64,000 nt of DNA from Deltaproteobacteria bacterium (GTDB taxonomy: Bacteria > Myxococcota_A > UBA9160 > SMWR01). The stretch spans positions 1 to 64,000 of the forward strand of contig JAQBGU010000063.1 of assembly GCA_032128375.1 (NCBI GenBank), read 5' to 3'. The notes beneath the pieces were generated by a model that saw nothing but the letters and a program-made list of their open reading frames with translations, was not told the origin of the DNA and ran no database searches. Position numbers and translations under genes: made by a program. Numbering within the stretch: the stretch's first letter is position 1; the number at the start of each line of letters is the position of its first letter. This document shows, piece by piece, positions 1 to 10,137 of this stretch.

Positions 1-1
1 C

Positions 2-2245
2 AAGAGCGCGCGTGAAAAGATCGCCGGGCGCATGATGGTGCTCGACCGGCGCTTCGCCGATGCGCTGCCGCTGGTCTTCGACTTCCTCGGCGTCGGCGAC
101 CCGCAGCGCCCGGCCCCGAGACTCGAACCCGAGGCGCGCCAGCGTCAACTGATGGCTCTGATGCGCGAGGTGACGCAGAGCGCGAGTGCGACGCAGCCGA
201 TGGTGATGATGATCGAGGACCTGCACTGGCTCGACGACGCGAGCGCCGAGTTCCTCGAGCAGATGGTGGATGCGAGCGCCGGCACCCGCAGCCTGCTGCT
301 GCTCAACTTCCGGCCCGAGTACCACGCGGATTGGATGCAGAAGTCGTGGTATCGGCAGATCCCGTTGACGCCGCTCGGACGCGATGCGATCGCCGAGCTG
401 CTGGCAGATCTGCTCGGCAATGACCCGAGTCTCGCCGCGCTGGCGGACCCGATTCACACGCGCACCAGCGGCAACCCATTTTTCACCGAGGAAGTGGCGC
501 AAACGCTGATCGAGTCCGGGCACCTCGAAGGAACGCGCGGCGCCTATCGGCTGGTGACGCCGATCGATCGGCTCGAGGTTCCAGCCACCGTCCAGGCGGT
601 GTTGGCAGCGCGCATCGACCGGTTGCCCGAGCGCGACAAGCGCCTCTTGCAAGTCGCATCCGTCATCGGCAAGGACTTCCCCGAGCCGCTGCTCGCGCAA
701 GTCGCCGATCTGGCTGCCGAGGATCTGAAAGACGCGCTGTCCGCGCTGAACCGCGCCGAGTTCATTCACGAGCAGGCGATCTACCCGGTCATCGAGTACG
801 CGTTCAAGCATCCGCTGACCCAGGAGGTCGCGCTGGGCAGCCAACTGCGCGAGCGCCGCCGCTCGGTACATGCCGCCGTGGCGCGAGCGATCGAGCAGCA
901 GGACGCCGCGCATCTCGACGAGCGCGCCCCGCTGCTGGCGCACCACTTCGAAGAGGCTGGTGAAGCCCTCACTGCCGCGCACTGGCATCGGCGCGCCGCG
1001 GAGTGGGTTGGCAGCACCGACCTCGCCGCCGCGACTCGCCACTGGGGTCGCTTGCGCGCGCTGTTGCGCGCGCTTCCAGACGATCGCGAAGCCGCCGCGC
1101 TCGGCATCGCGGCCTGTCAGCACTTGCTGAACATGGGTTGGCGGTTCGGGATCGAATCGGGCGAGGCGCACTCGTTGCTCGAGGATGGGCAGGCCCTCGC
1201 GAGCGCGACAGGTGATCGAATCGGCAACCTGAACGTATTGCAGGCCTATGCGCGCACGCGCAGCGCCGCGGGCGACGTGGCGGCGTACCTCGAGTCGGCG
1301 ATGCTGAACCAACGCGCGGCACTCGAGTTCGATGATGTTGCAGTACAAGCCAACGCATGCGGGTACCTGATGGACGCACTGGGCTTTGCCGGGCGACTTC
1401 CCGAGTCGCTTGCGCTGGCAGAGGATGGGCTCGCGCGCTTCCCTCGCGATATCCCGGCAGACCAGTGGATCATCGGCGCCAGTCCGCACAGCTGGTACTC
1501 CATCTGGCGTGGCTATTGCCTCAGCTGGATGGGGCAGCTGCCGGAGGGAATCGAAACGTTCGACCGCTGCCGTCGTCTTGCAGAGGAAGACGGCACGCCG
1601 GAGATCACAGGCTATGTGCTGTCTTTTGCCTGCGAGACGCACTATCTGGCCCACGACGCGGATCGGGCACTCGCGAGCGCTCGTCAGCTCGAGGAGCTCA
1701 GCCGAGACCTGGGCGAAATTCCGGCGATTGTCGGCCACACGCAACGCGCGCTTGCGTATGCACAGCTGGCAGCCGGGCGGCCTTCCGACGCCATCGAGCC
1801 GGCGCGGAACGCACTCGACATCTTCCGACGCATCGAGAGAAACCACGAAGGGATGGCAGCCACGCTGCTCGCCGAAGCGCTGCTCGCGACGGGCGATCTG
1901 CCGGCCGCACTGACTGCGGCGGACGAAGCGATCGCCGTCTGCCGCCGTTCGCTGCGCGGCAATTTCGAAGCCATCGCACACGGTGCCCGGGCGCGCGCAC
2001 TGCTGCGCGGCGAGGGCGAGGCCGCTCGGGTGGCCGTGAAAGCCGCTCTTGACGCCGCGGCTTTGTTGATCGAGAGCACGGGAGCGAGCACGCTCGCCCC
2101 CGCGCACTGCGAGTGGCGCGCCGAGCTGGCCGCAGTGCTCGGCGACGACGTCGCGCGCGAGCGTCTTCTGCGCGAAGCGCAGCGGGGCTACACTGAGTCC
2201 GGCGCCATCGGCCACGCCGAACGTCTGACCCGGGAACTCCCATGA
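2..2245 (+). CDS. Cyclase-STAND family protein, copy A (5'-truncated by window edge; NTPase C-terminal part plus TPR-like region)
   Basis: Frame is open from the window edge. Walker B-like MMIEDLHWLD, SGNPFF, ARIDRL and YAFKHPLTQEVALGSQL motifs are shared with the downstream paralogs; Ala/Leu-rich helical C-terminus. Confidence 0.9.
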   Translation, partial: KSAREKIAGRMMVLDRRFADALPLVFDFLGVGDPQRPAPRLEPEARQRQLMALMREVTQSASATQPMVMMIEDLHWLDDASAEFLEQMVDASAGTRSLLLLNFRPEYHADWMQKSWYRQIPLTPLGRDAIAELLADLLGNDPSLAALADPIHTRTSGNPFFTEEVAQTLIESGHLEGTRGAYRLVTPIDRLEVPATVQAVLAARIDRLPERDKRLLQVASVIGKDFPEPLLAQVADLAAEDLKDALSALNRAEFIHEQAIYPVIEYAFKHPLTQEVALGSQLRERRRSVHAAVARAIEQQDAAHLDERAPLLAHHFEEAGEALTAAHWHRRAAEWVGSTDLAAATRHWGRLRALLRALPDDREAAALGIAACQHLLNMGWRFGIESGEAHSLLEDGQALASATGDRIGNLNVLQAYARTRSAAGDVAAYLESAMLNQRAALEFDDVAVQANACGYLMDALGFAGRLPESLALAEDGLARFPRDIPADQWIIGASPHSWYSIWRGYCLSWMGQLPEGIETFDRCRRLAEEDGTPEITGYVLSFACETHYLAHDADRALASARQLEELSRDLGEIPAIVGHTQRALAYAQLAAGRPSDAIEPARNALDIFRRIERNHEGMAATLLAEALLATGDLPAALTAADEAIAVCRRSLRGNFEAIAHGARARALLRGEGEAARVAVKAALDAAALLIESTGASTLAPAHCEWRAELAAVLGDDVARERLLREAQRGYTESGAIGHAERLTRELP

Positions 2246-2697
2246 CGTGTCCGTCCTGCGCACACCCAAACAACCCCGGCGCCAAATTCTGCGAAGAATG
2301 CGGGACGCCGCAGAAGCAGACCTGCGCGAGTCATTCGCACGGTCAACCGGTGCGCATCGACCTCTACGACCCGCACCACCTCGCGGGCTGGACCCAATCC
2401 CGGGTCTCGTGCGGGCGCGCGTGCTCCGCATGATCGGGGGACCGGAGCTCTGGGAACAGCTCGATGACCAGATCAGTGAGACCCTCGAGGTCATCGAGCG
2501 CCGAGAACGGTCGGGATTCCTGCCACGGATCGGGCTCGAGAGAGCGGGACTCGCTCGCATGCGCGACGATGCGGACGGCATGGCGCGCGACCTGGCTGAA
2601 GCGCGCCGTCTGCTCGCGCAGATGGGCGTGATCGGCTGGGACACCTATGCGAGCTCGATCGAGACAAGCTCGATCGAGAAGAAAGGTCGACAAAGAC
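2242..2697 (+). pseudogene. Internally deleted cyclase-STAND paralog (zinc-ribbon start joined to C-terminal helix remnant)
   Basis: ATG overlaps the copy A stop (ATGA) and reads MTCPSCAHPNNPGAKFCEECG. Another frame reads ERAGLARMRDDADGMARDLAEARRLLAQMGVIGW, matching the C-termini of intact copies (ERAHLARGLGDEAGWERELREALRIYTEMDATGW). Confidence 0.7.
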
Positions 2698-5600
2698 ATG
2701 AGCTGCTCCGCCTGCGGCCACGACAACCCGACCGGCAACCGCTTCTGCGGGGGCTGCGGCGCCGCGCTCGAGCGCCTCTGTCGGGCGTGCCAGCACAGCA
2801 ACCCGCCAGACCATCGCTTCTGCGGCGGCTGCGGTGCCGCGCTCGAAGTCGCCTCGTCGCCGGCCGGCCCGGCTCTGGTCGCACGCGACTCGCTGCGCGC
2901 GCCGCGCGACTACACGCCGAAGCACCTCGCGGACAAGATCCTGCAATCGAAGTCCGCGCTCGAAGGCGAGCGCAAGCAGGTCACGGTGCTATTCGCCGAC
3001 GTGAAGGGCTCGATGGAGCTGGCCGAGCAGATCGGGGCCGAGCCAATTCACGCGGTCCTCGATCGCTTCTTCTCGATCCTTGCCGAGGGTGTGCACCGCT
3101 TCGAGGGTACGATCAATCAATACACCGGCGACGGCATCATGGCGCTTTTTGGCGCGCCCATCACGCACGAGGACCACGCGCAGCGCGCTTGTTATGCCGC
3201 GCTCGCGTTGCGCGATGCACTGCGCGAGTTTTCGCGGGAACTGAAGCGCCAGCACGGCCTCGAGTTCGCGACGCGCATCGGCATCCACTCGGGAGAGGTG
3301 GTGGTCGGTCGGATCGGCGACGACCTGCGCATGGACTACACCGCGCAAGGGCACACCGTGGGCCTCGCGCAGCGGATGGAATCGCTCGCGTCGGGCGGCA
3401 GCATCTACGTTTCGGATCGCACGGCGGCGATCGTCGGCGGCTACTTCGCGCTCGACGATCTCGGCGAGTTCCAGATAAAGGGCGCAAGCGCGCCGCTGCA
3501 TGTGTTCGAGCTCTGCGGCATCGGCGCGCTGCGCACGCGCTTCGACCGCTCGCGTGCGCGCGGCCTCTCGAAGTTCGTTGGGCGCGCGCAGGAGATGGGC
3601 GCGCTCGATGCCGCGCTCGACCAGGCGCTCGCCGGCCGTGGCCAGGTCTTCGGCGTGGTGGCAAACGCCGGCACCGGCAAGAGCCGGCTGTGTTTCGAGT
3701 TCGTCGAGTCGTGTCGAGCCAGGGGAATCATGGTCCGTGCCACGACCGGCGTGGCGCACGGTAAGGCGGTGCCGCTCTTGCCGGTGCTCGAATTCTACCG
3801 CGAGGTGTTCGGCATCACCGAGCGCGACGACGCACGCGCGGCGCGCCAGAAGATCGCTGGTGGCGTCGTCCAGAACGACGAGACACTCGTCACCTCGCTA
3901 CCGCTGATCTTTGATTTTCTCGGCGTGCCCGACCCCGAGAGGCCCGTGATGCTCGAACCCGGGCCCGAACGGCGCCACGCACTGCTCTCGGTGCTGAAGC
4001 GACTCGCGCTCGCGCGTAGCCGCCGCGAGCCGGCGGTAATCCTGTTCGAGGACCTGCACTGGATCGACGACGCGACGGAGTTGTTCCTCGAGAATCTCGT
4101 CGACGCGGCGGACGCGAGCCGCACGCTGATCGTGGTGAACTTCCGCCCGGAGTACCGAGCCGACTGGATGCGGCGTTCCTATTATCAACAGCTCGCACTC
4201 GCGCCGCTCGACGCGCGGGCATTCGCGGAGATGCTCGGCGACACACTCGGCCATGACCCGTCGCTGCGCGATGTGTCCAGCGCGATCCACGCCCGCAGCG
4301 GCGGCAACCCGTTCTTCGCGGAGGAAATCGCGCTTTCCCTGATCGAGTCCGGAGCGCTCGTCGGCACTCCCGGCGCATACCGACTGGCGCACGATGCGGC
4401 GTCGTTCGAGATCCCTGCGTCCGTGCAGCTCGTGCTCGCGGCGCGCATCGACCGGCTCGAGGAACGGGAGAAGAACGTCTTGCAGACCGCGTCGGTTATC
4501 GGGCGCGAGTTCTCGCTGGTGCTCCTGCGGCGCGTCGCGCACGTCGAGGCCGATGCACTCGATGACGCGCTCCGCGCGCTCGTCCAAGCCGAGTTTCTAC
4601 ACGAGACCGCGCTCTACCCCGAGGCGGAGTACGCGTTCAAGCACCCGCTCACACAAGAGGTCGCACTCGGCTCGCAGCTGGGTGAGCGGCGCGCGTTCGT
4701 GCACGAAGGCGTCGCGAAGGCACTGGTCGAGATCCACGCGTGCAGGCTCGACGAGCACGCGGCGCTGATCGCACATCACTTCGAGGCGGCCGGCAACCCG
4801 GCCGAGGCCGTGCGCTGGCACGAGCGTGCCGCCGCCTGGCTCGAGGGCCGCGACCTCCACGCCGAGCGTCACCACTGGATGCAGCTGCTCGAGCTGCTGG
4901 GAAATGAGCCGGCAACGACCGAACTCGCGCGCGCCGGACTGCGCGCATGCAATCGGCTGATGTATCTGGCCACATTCCTCGGGCTCGACCTCGCCCGCGC
5001 CGAGGCGCTCTTTCATCGGGGCCGTGCGCTGGCGTTGCGCCTCGACGAGCCCGCTCTCGAAGCCGGGCTGATCGCCTTCTTTGCCAGGCTTGCGATGTTC
5101 GCCGGGCAGTCGGAACTCGCGCGCGGGGGGGTCGAAGAGGCGCTCGCATTGGCGCCGCGCGTCGCTGACCCGGACCGCTACGCCGAGCTGATCCAAGCCG
5201 CCGCGGTCACGGTGACCTTTGTGGGCCGCTATTCGGATGCACTCGAGGTCGTCGAAACCGCGCTGGCCAGCGGCAAGGTCACATCGACTACGCCCGTCGC
5301 GCTGGCGCGCTTGACGGCGATGCACGCGAGCACCCTCACGCGCCTGGGTCGTCTCGCCGCCGCGCGATCCCAGCTCGATCGCGCGGCGGAACTCGTCTCG
5401 TACAATCCTGCGCAAGAGCTCGTCCTTCTCATTGAGCTGTTCTCGACACTCGAACTCGCCGAACGCGGGTATCCGGAGGGCTCGCTCGAGCGCATCGCAG
5501 TCCTCGTCGCGCGCGCGGATGAAACCGAGACGCACAATATCCGGAGCCACGCCCGCATCGGCTTGGCGCAGGCCCATCTCTTCGCCGGCCGGCCGGATGC

Positions 5601-6072
5601 GGCGCTCGAGGCGGTCGAGGCTGGCCTCGGGATCTCGAGCGAGACCGGCGTGAACCTCGGCCTGAATGCGACATTCACGGTTGTGCGCGCACGAGTTCTG
5701 TTGGCACAAGGCGAGGTTGTAGCTGCCCGAGAGCTGATCGAACGGATCGCCGCGACCTCTCTTCCGACTGCAGCGAGCAAGCACGACTGCCTGGTTGCGC
5801 TGGCGCAAGTGCTCGTCGCCTCGGACTTGCGCGGCGAGCGCGAGCGAATCGAGTCGAGCCTGACGCAGGCGGCCACCCTCTCTGAGAAGGTCGGCAGCCC
5901 CGGGCTGCAGGCGGTCGTGTGTACCGAGCGCGCCCATCTTGCCCGCGGGCTCGGCGACGAAGCCGGCTGGGAGCGCGAGCTGCGCGAGGCACTGCGCATC
6001 TACACCGAAATGGACGCGACCGGCTGGATGGAGCGGATCAGCGAGAAGCTCGCGTCGTTGATCGAAGCGTGA
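2698..6072 (+). CDS. Double zinc ribbon - class III nucleotide cyclase - STAND/AAA ATPase - TPR-like protein, copy B
   Basis: Four CxxC pairs (CSAC, CGGC, CRAC, CGGC); VTVLFADVKGS, NQYTGDG, GHTVGLAQRME; Walker A ANAGTGKS; Walker B ILFEDLHWID. Confidence 0.92.
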   Translation: MSCSACGHDNPTGNRFCGGCGAALERLCRACQHSNPPDHRFCGGCGAALEVASSPAGPALVARDSLRAPRDYTPKHLADKILQSKSALEGERKQVTVLFADVKGSMELAEQIGAEPIHAVLDRFFSILAEGVHRFEGTINQYTGDGIMALFGAPITHEDHAQRACYAALALRDALREFSRELKRQHGLEFATRIGIHSGEVVVGRIGDDLRMDYTAQGHTVGLAQRMESLASGGSIYVSDRTAAIVGGYFALDDLGEFQIKGASAPLHVFELCGIGALRTRFDRSRARGLSKFVGRAQEMGALDAALDQALAGRGQVFGVVANAGTGKSRLCFEFVESCRARGIMVRATTGVAHGKAVPLLPVLEFYREVFGITERDDARAARQKIAGGVVQNDETLVTSLPLIFDFLGVPDPERPVMLEPGPERRHALLSVLKRLALARSRREPAVILFEDLHWIDDATELFLENLVDAADASRTLIVVNFRPEYRADWMRRSYYQQLALAPLDARAFAEMLGDTLGHDPSLRDVSSAIHARSGGNPFFAEEIALSLIESGALVGTPGAYRLAHDAASFEIPASVQLVLAARIDRLEEREKNVLQTASVIGREFSLVLLRRVAHVEADALDDALRALVQAEFLHETALYPEAEYAFKHPLTQEVALGSQLGERRAFVHEGVAKALVEIHACRLDEHAALIAHHFEAAGNPAEAVRWHERAAAWLEGRDLHAERHHWMQLLELLGNEPATTELARAGLRACNRLMYLATFLGLDLARAEALFHRGRALALRLDEPALEAGLIAFFARLAMFAGQSELARGGVEEALALAPRVADPDRYAELIQAAAVTVTFVGRYSDALEVVETALASGKVTSTTPVALARLTAMHASTLTRLGRLAAARSQLDRAAELVSYNPAQELVLLIELFSTLELAERGYPEGSLERIAVLVARADETETHNIRSHARIGLAQAHLFAGRPDAALEAVEAGLGISSETGVNLGLNATFTVVRARVLLAQGEVVAARELIERIAATSLPTAASKHDCLVALAQVLVASDLRGERERIESSLTQAATLSEKVGSPGLQAVVCTERAHLARGLGDEAGWERELREALRIYTEMDATGWMERISEKLASLIEA

Positions 6073-9000
6073 ACTGCGCCGGCTGCCAGCGCGAGAACCC
6101 GGCGGACGCGGCCTTCTGCGCCGGATGCGGTCGCAAGCTCGGTCGCGTCTGCTCCAGCTGTCAGCGCGAAAACGACACCGATGCCAGCTTCTGCAACGGC
6201 TGCGGCGCGCCTGTTGCCGTGGAGACGTCGCGCCCGACGCCCACAGAGCGCTCACCGGCTGACTACACACCAAAACACCTCGCGGACAAGATCCTGCAAT
6301 CCAAGTCTGCACTCGAAGGCGAGCGCAAGCAGGTCACGGTGCTGTTCGCCGACGTGAAGGGCTCGATGGAGATTTCCGAGCAGCTCGACGCCGAGGAATG
6401 GCACCGCATCCTCGAACGATTCTTCCAGATCTTGACCGAAGGTGTTCATCGCTTCGAAGGAACCGTCAATCAATACACCGGTGACGGAGTCATGGCTTTG
6501 TTCGGCGCGCCGATCGCGCACGAAGACCATGCCCAGCGCGCGTGTTATGCGGCGCTGCACTTGCGCGAAGCACTCGCGGGTTACGCCACCGAAGTGAAAC
6601 GCGAACACGGTATCGGATTTCAAGCGCGCGTTGGCCTCCACTCGGGCGATGTCGTGGTCGGCAAGATCGGCGACGATTTGCGCATGGACTACACCGCTCA
6701 GGGTCACACGGTGGGGCTGGCTCAGCGCATGGAAAGCCTCGCTGAGCCGAACACCTGCTATCTCAGCGATGCGACGGCCCAGCTCGCGTCTGGCTATTTT
6801 GCGCTCGACGACCTGGGCGACTTCCGCATCAAAGGCGCGGTGGAACCCGTTCACGTCCACCGACTCGTTGGCGTCGGCACTTCGCGGACCCGATTCGATG
6901 TTTCCCGCATGCGCGGACTGTCGCGCTTCGTCGGCCGCGCGGCTGATGTTCGCACGCTCGAAGATGCGCTCGTTCAAACCGCAGCGGGGAACGGGCAGGT
7001 GGTCGGCGTGGTCGCCGAAGCGGGTACCGGCAAGAGCCGGCTCTGCTTCGAGTTCCTGGAAAGCTGCCGCGCACGCGGGATGCGCGTGTTCGAAGGTCAC
7101 GCGGTCGCCCACGGGCGCAACATCCCGTTTCTTCCGGTGCTGGAAATCTTTCGCGCCTACTTCAGCATTACGCCGCAGGACGACGACCGGGCTGCGCGGG
7201 AAAAAATTGCCGGCCGCATGGTCGTTCTCGACCAGAGCCTTGCCGATGCATTGCCATCCGTATTCGACTTTCTCAGCGTACCCGATCCGCAACGCCCAGC
7301 GCCTCAAATCAGCGCGGAGGCACGCCAGCGCCAGCTGGTCGGGTTGATGCGCCAAGTGGTGCAAAGCGAAAGCACCGCGACGCAGCCGACCGTGACGCTG
7401 ATCGAGGATCTGCACTGGCTCGATGCCGCGAGCGCCGAGTTTCTCGAGCACCTGGTCGACGCACGCGCGGGCAGTCGCAGTCTGCTGCTCCTCAACTTTC
7501 GGCCCGAGTACCACGCCGATTGGATGCAGAAGTCCTGGTATCGGCAGATCCCGCTGACGCCGCTCGGCGTCGACGACATCGCCGAATTGCTAGGCGACTT
7601 ATTGGGAGCGGACGCCAGTCTCGCGCATCTCGCCGCGCCGCTGCATGCCCGCACCGCCGGCAACCCCTTCTTCACCGAAGAGGTGGTGCAATCGCTGATC
7701 GAATCCGGCCATCTCGAAGGCGCGCGCGGCGCCTACCGTCTCACCACGGCGGTCGACCGACTGGAAGTGCCGGCGACCGTGCAGGCGGTGCTGGCGGCGC
7801 GCATCGATCGGCTCGCTGAGCGCGAGAAGCGTTTGCTGCAAGTTGCGTCGGTGATCGGCAAGGAGTTTCCGGAACCTCTGCTGGCCGCGGTTGCCGAATT
7901 GACGACCGACGATCTCAAGGAAAGTCTTGCCGCGTTGCGTCGGGGCGAGTTCGTTCATGAGCGGGCCATCTACCCGCTGGTCGAGTACGCGTTCAAGCAC
8001 CCACTGACGCAGGAGGTCGCGCTCGGCAGTCTGCTGCGCGAGCGTCGGCGGCCGCTCCACGCCGCCGTGGCGGGTGCCATCGAAGCGGGCGGCGGCAATC
8101 TCGAGGAGCGCGCAGCACTCCTGGCGCACCACTGGGACGAAGCCGGTCAGACCTTGCCTGCGGCGTTGTGGCACAGGCGCGCGGCAGAGTGGATTGGCGG
8201 CAGCAACTCCGCAGAAGCGACGCGTCACTGGCAACGCGTACGCGTACTCGCCGATCACATCAGCGAGCCGGAACTCGCGATCGAATTGGGGAATCGTTCG
8301 TGCCAGATGCTCGTCGAACTGGGGTGGCGACTCGGCGTGACCGAGCCAGAGGCCGAGGACCTGCTCAGCGACGGGGAGACGTGGGCACGCAAGCGGAACG
8401 ATCCGAGCGCACTCGCGAAGCTGTACAGCGGGGCTTCGATGCTCGTCGCGATCCCACTCGGTCAGATGAAGCGCGCCCAAAAGTTCGCACGGGAAGCACT
8501 GCAACTGGCCCAGGTGGCTGGCGATGAGCCGCTCATCTTCATGAACGAGCTTCGGGTCTGCCTGGCGAATCTGTGGGCGGGTGATCTGCGCACAGCGCGC
8601 ACGGCCATCGAGGCGGCGACCGCGCGCGAGCCCGCTGTGATGGACGCCGCATCGCCGATGCTCGCTTACGACGCCTTCGCGTACGCTCCCGGCCTTCGCG
8701 GACTGATCGCGCACGAGGAGGGGCGGCTCGAGGAGTCGATTCGCTGGCTCGAACAGGGCATCGCCCGCGCGCGCGCACGTGATGCGACCGAGGTGCTCGA
8801 CTGGCTGCTCGGCAACGGGAGCGAAAGCTGGCTCGACCTCGGCGATTTCGCGCGCGCGACCAGCATGGCTCGCGAGGCCATGGAAATCGCAGAGGGCATC
8901 GGGGATGTCACGACCCGCTGCCTGGCAGAGTGCGCGCTGTGTCGCGTGAGCGTGTGCGAAGGCAACCTCGAGACTGCGATCCCCCTGGCTGAGCGCTGGA

Positions 9001-9437
9001 TCGAGACGGCCAGCATCGGCGCCAAATTCCAGCTGCCCTGGGCCCTGAGCACGCTCGCGGTGCTCCGCTCCGGGTGCGGAGAGCCCGACGAGGCGCGCCG
9101 ACTCGCGCACGAGGCGCTCGCACTCGCGGAGTCGGGGGACTTGGGGACCGGGAAACTTTGGTCAGAGCTCGCTCTGGCGCGCATCTGCCTCGACGCGGAA
9201 GATGCCGCGGCGCGCGACGAAGCCGCCGGCTGGCTCACGAGCGCGGAACAGTCCTTGAACACCACCGGCGCCTTCTCGCGTTTGCCCGATCTGCTCGAGC
9301 TGCGCGCCGAGCTGGCTCAGCAACGCGCCGACGCACCCGGCCGCGAGGCCGCGCTCAGCGAGGCGCTGCGCATCCACAGACAAAACGGCGCCGTGGCTCA
9401 CGCCGAACGCATCGCGCGCGAGCTCGCATCTCGATGA
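6069..9437 (+). CDS. Double zinc ribbon - class III cyclase - STAND/AAA ATPase - TPR-like protein, copy C
   Basis: GTG start overlaps the copy B stop (GTGA). CAGC/CAGC/CSSC/CNGC; same cyclase motifs; AEAGTGKS; LIEDLHWLD. Confidence 0.92.
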   Translation: MNCAGCQRENPADAAFCAGCGRKLGRVCSSCQRENDTDASFCNGCGAPVAVETSRPTPTERSPADYTPKHLADKILQSKSALEGERKQVTVLFADVKGSMEISEQLDAEEWHRILERFFQILTEGVHRFEGTVNQYTGDGVMALFGAPIAHEDHAQRACYAALHLREALAGYATEVKREHGIGFQARVGLHSGDVVVGKIGDDLRMDYTAQGHTVGLAQRMESLAEPNTCYLSDATAQLASGYFALDDLGDFRIKGAVEPVHVHRLVGVGTSRTRFDVSRMRGLSRFVGRAADVRTLEDALVQTAAGNGQVVGVVAEAGTGKSRLCFEFLESCRARGMRVFEGHAVAHGRNIPFLPVLEIFRAYFSITPQDDDRAAREKIAGRMVVLDQSLADALPSVFDFLSVPDPQRPAPQISAEARQRQLVGLMRQVVQSESTATQPTVTLIEDLHWLDAASAEFLEHLVDARAGSRSLLLLNFRPEYHADWMQKSWYRQIPLTPLGVDDIAELLGDLLGADASLAHLAAPLHARTAGNPFFTEEVVQSLIESGHLEGARGAYRLTTAVDRLEVPATVQAVLAARIDRLAEREKRLLQVASVIGKEFPEPLLAAVAELTTDDLKESLAALRRGEFVHERAIYPLVEYAFKHPLTQEVALGSLLRERRRPLHAAVAGAIEAGGGNLEERAALLAHHWDEAGQTLPAALWHRRAAEWIGGSNSAEATRHWQRVRVLADHISEPELAIELGNRSCQMLVELGWRLGVTEPEAEDLLSDGETWARKRNDPSALAKLYSGASMLVAIPLGQMKRAQKFAREALQLAQVAGDEPLIFMNELRVCLANLWAGDLRTARTAIEAATAREPAVMDAASPMLAYDAFAYAPGLRGLIAHEEGRLEESIRWLEQGIARARARDATEVLDWLLGNGSESWLDLGDFARATSMAREAMEIAEGIGDVTTRCLAECALCRVSVCEGNLETAIPLAERWIETASIGAKFQLPWALSTLAVLRSGCGEPDEARRLAHEALALAESGDLGTGKLWSELALARICLDAEDAAARDEAAGWLTSAEQSLNTTGAFSRLPDLLELRAELAQQRADAPGREAALSEALRIHRQNGAVAHAERIARELASR

Positions 9438-10137
9438 CGTGCACGAGCTGCGGACACAAGAATGCTGCGAACATCCGCTTCGACGGACGCTGCGGCACCC
9501 CCAACCGCGCAGGTCGCTGGTTATTGCGCCCGCTGTTGCGGCCGCCCTGCGCTGGGTTTTGTGTCCGGTCGAACCCCCAACGAATTCGGCGAAGCCTGCT
9601 GCGGCGTGTGCGGCGCGGCACTCGAAGCTACTCCCGCGCAGCATCCGGCTCCAAGGCGGTGTTTGGCATTCCGCGCGTCGCGGAACGACGCGATCCGCGC
9701 GGTACGCGCCGGTGTGTCGATGCGGGAAATATGGGCCCGCTCCCAGCAGGTGCTCGTCGAATTGGCACCGGACACGCGGGGCCGGCAGGAGCACATGCGC
9801 ATCTCGCACCGCGGGACCCTGCGGCAACTCACGCAGTACGCGACCCGCGACGGGGCGCGCGTTCGAGACGACGTTTCTCTCGGTCGTTGCTGTGGACGAG
9901 CGGTGAAGGACCGGCGGGATGGACCTCTACGACGTCGATCGGTTCGACGAAGCGCGCGCTCGAGCTCTCGGACGACACGATCGGACCGATGAACCACGGG
10001 ACGTGATAGGATCGACCGCCGTGACTGACGGCCGCCCCTCCCCCCGCTGCAGTGCTTCCAACCGACCGGAGCAACCAATGGGCAAGACTGGCCACGCAGA
10101 ACCAACGGCAACGCTGCTCGCCGAGGCCTCCCGATGA
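9434..10137 (+). pseudogene. Decayed cyclase-STAND paralog
   Basis: ATGA overlap with copy C. Reads MTCTSCGHKNAANIRFDGRCG, then frameshifted CCGVCGAALE and cyclase-like NDAIRAVRAGVSM. Ends MGKTGHAE..LLAEASR* with an ATGA overlap into copy D. Confidence 0.65.

Noticed and set aside
2247..3764. 505-aa ORF and the many other long Arg/Ala/Pro-rich overlapping ORFs in the track
   Set aside because: Shadow frames of GC-rich genes. Only about 2400-2665 of this ORF carries a real (remnant) signal.
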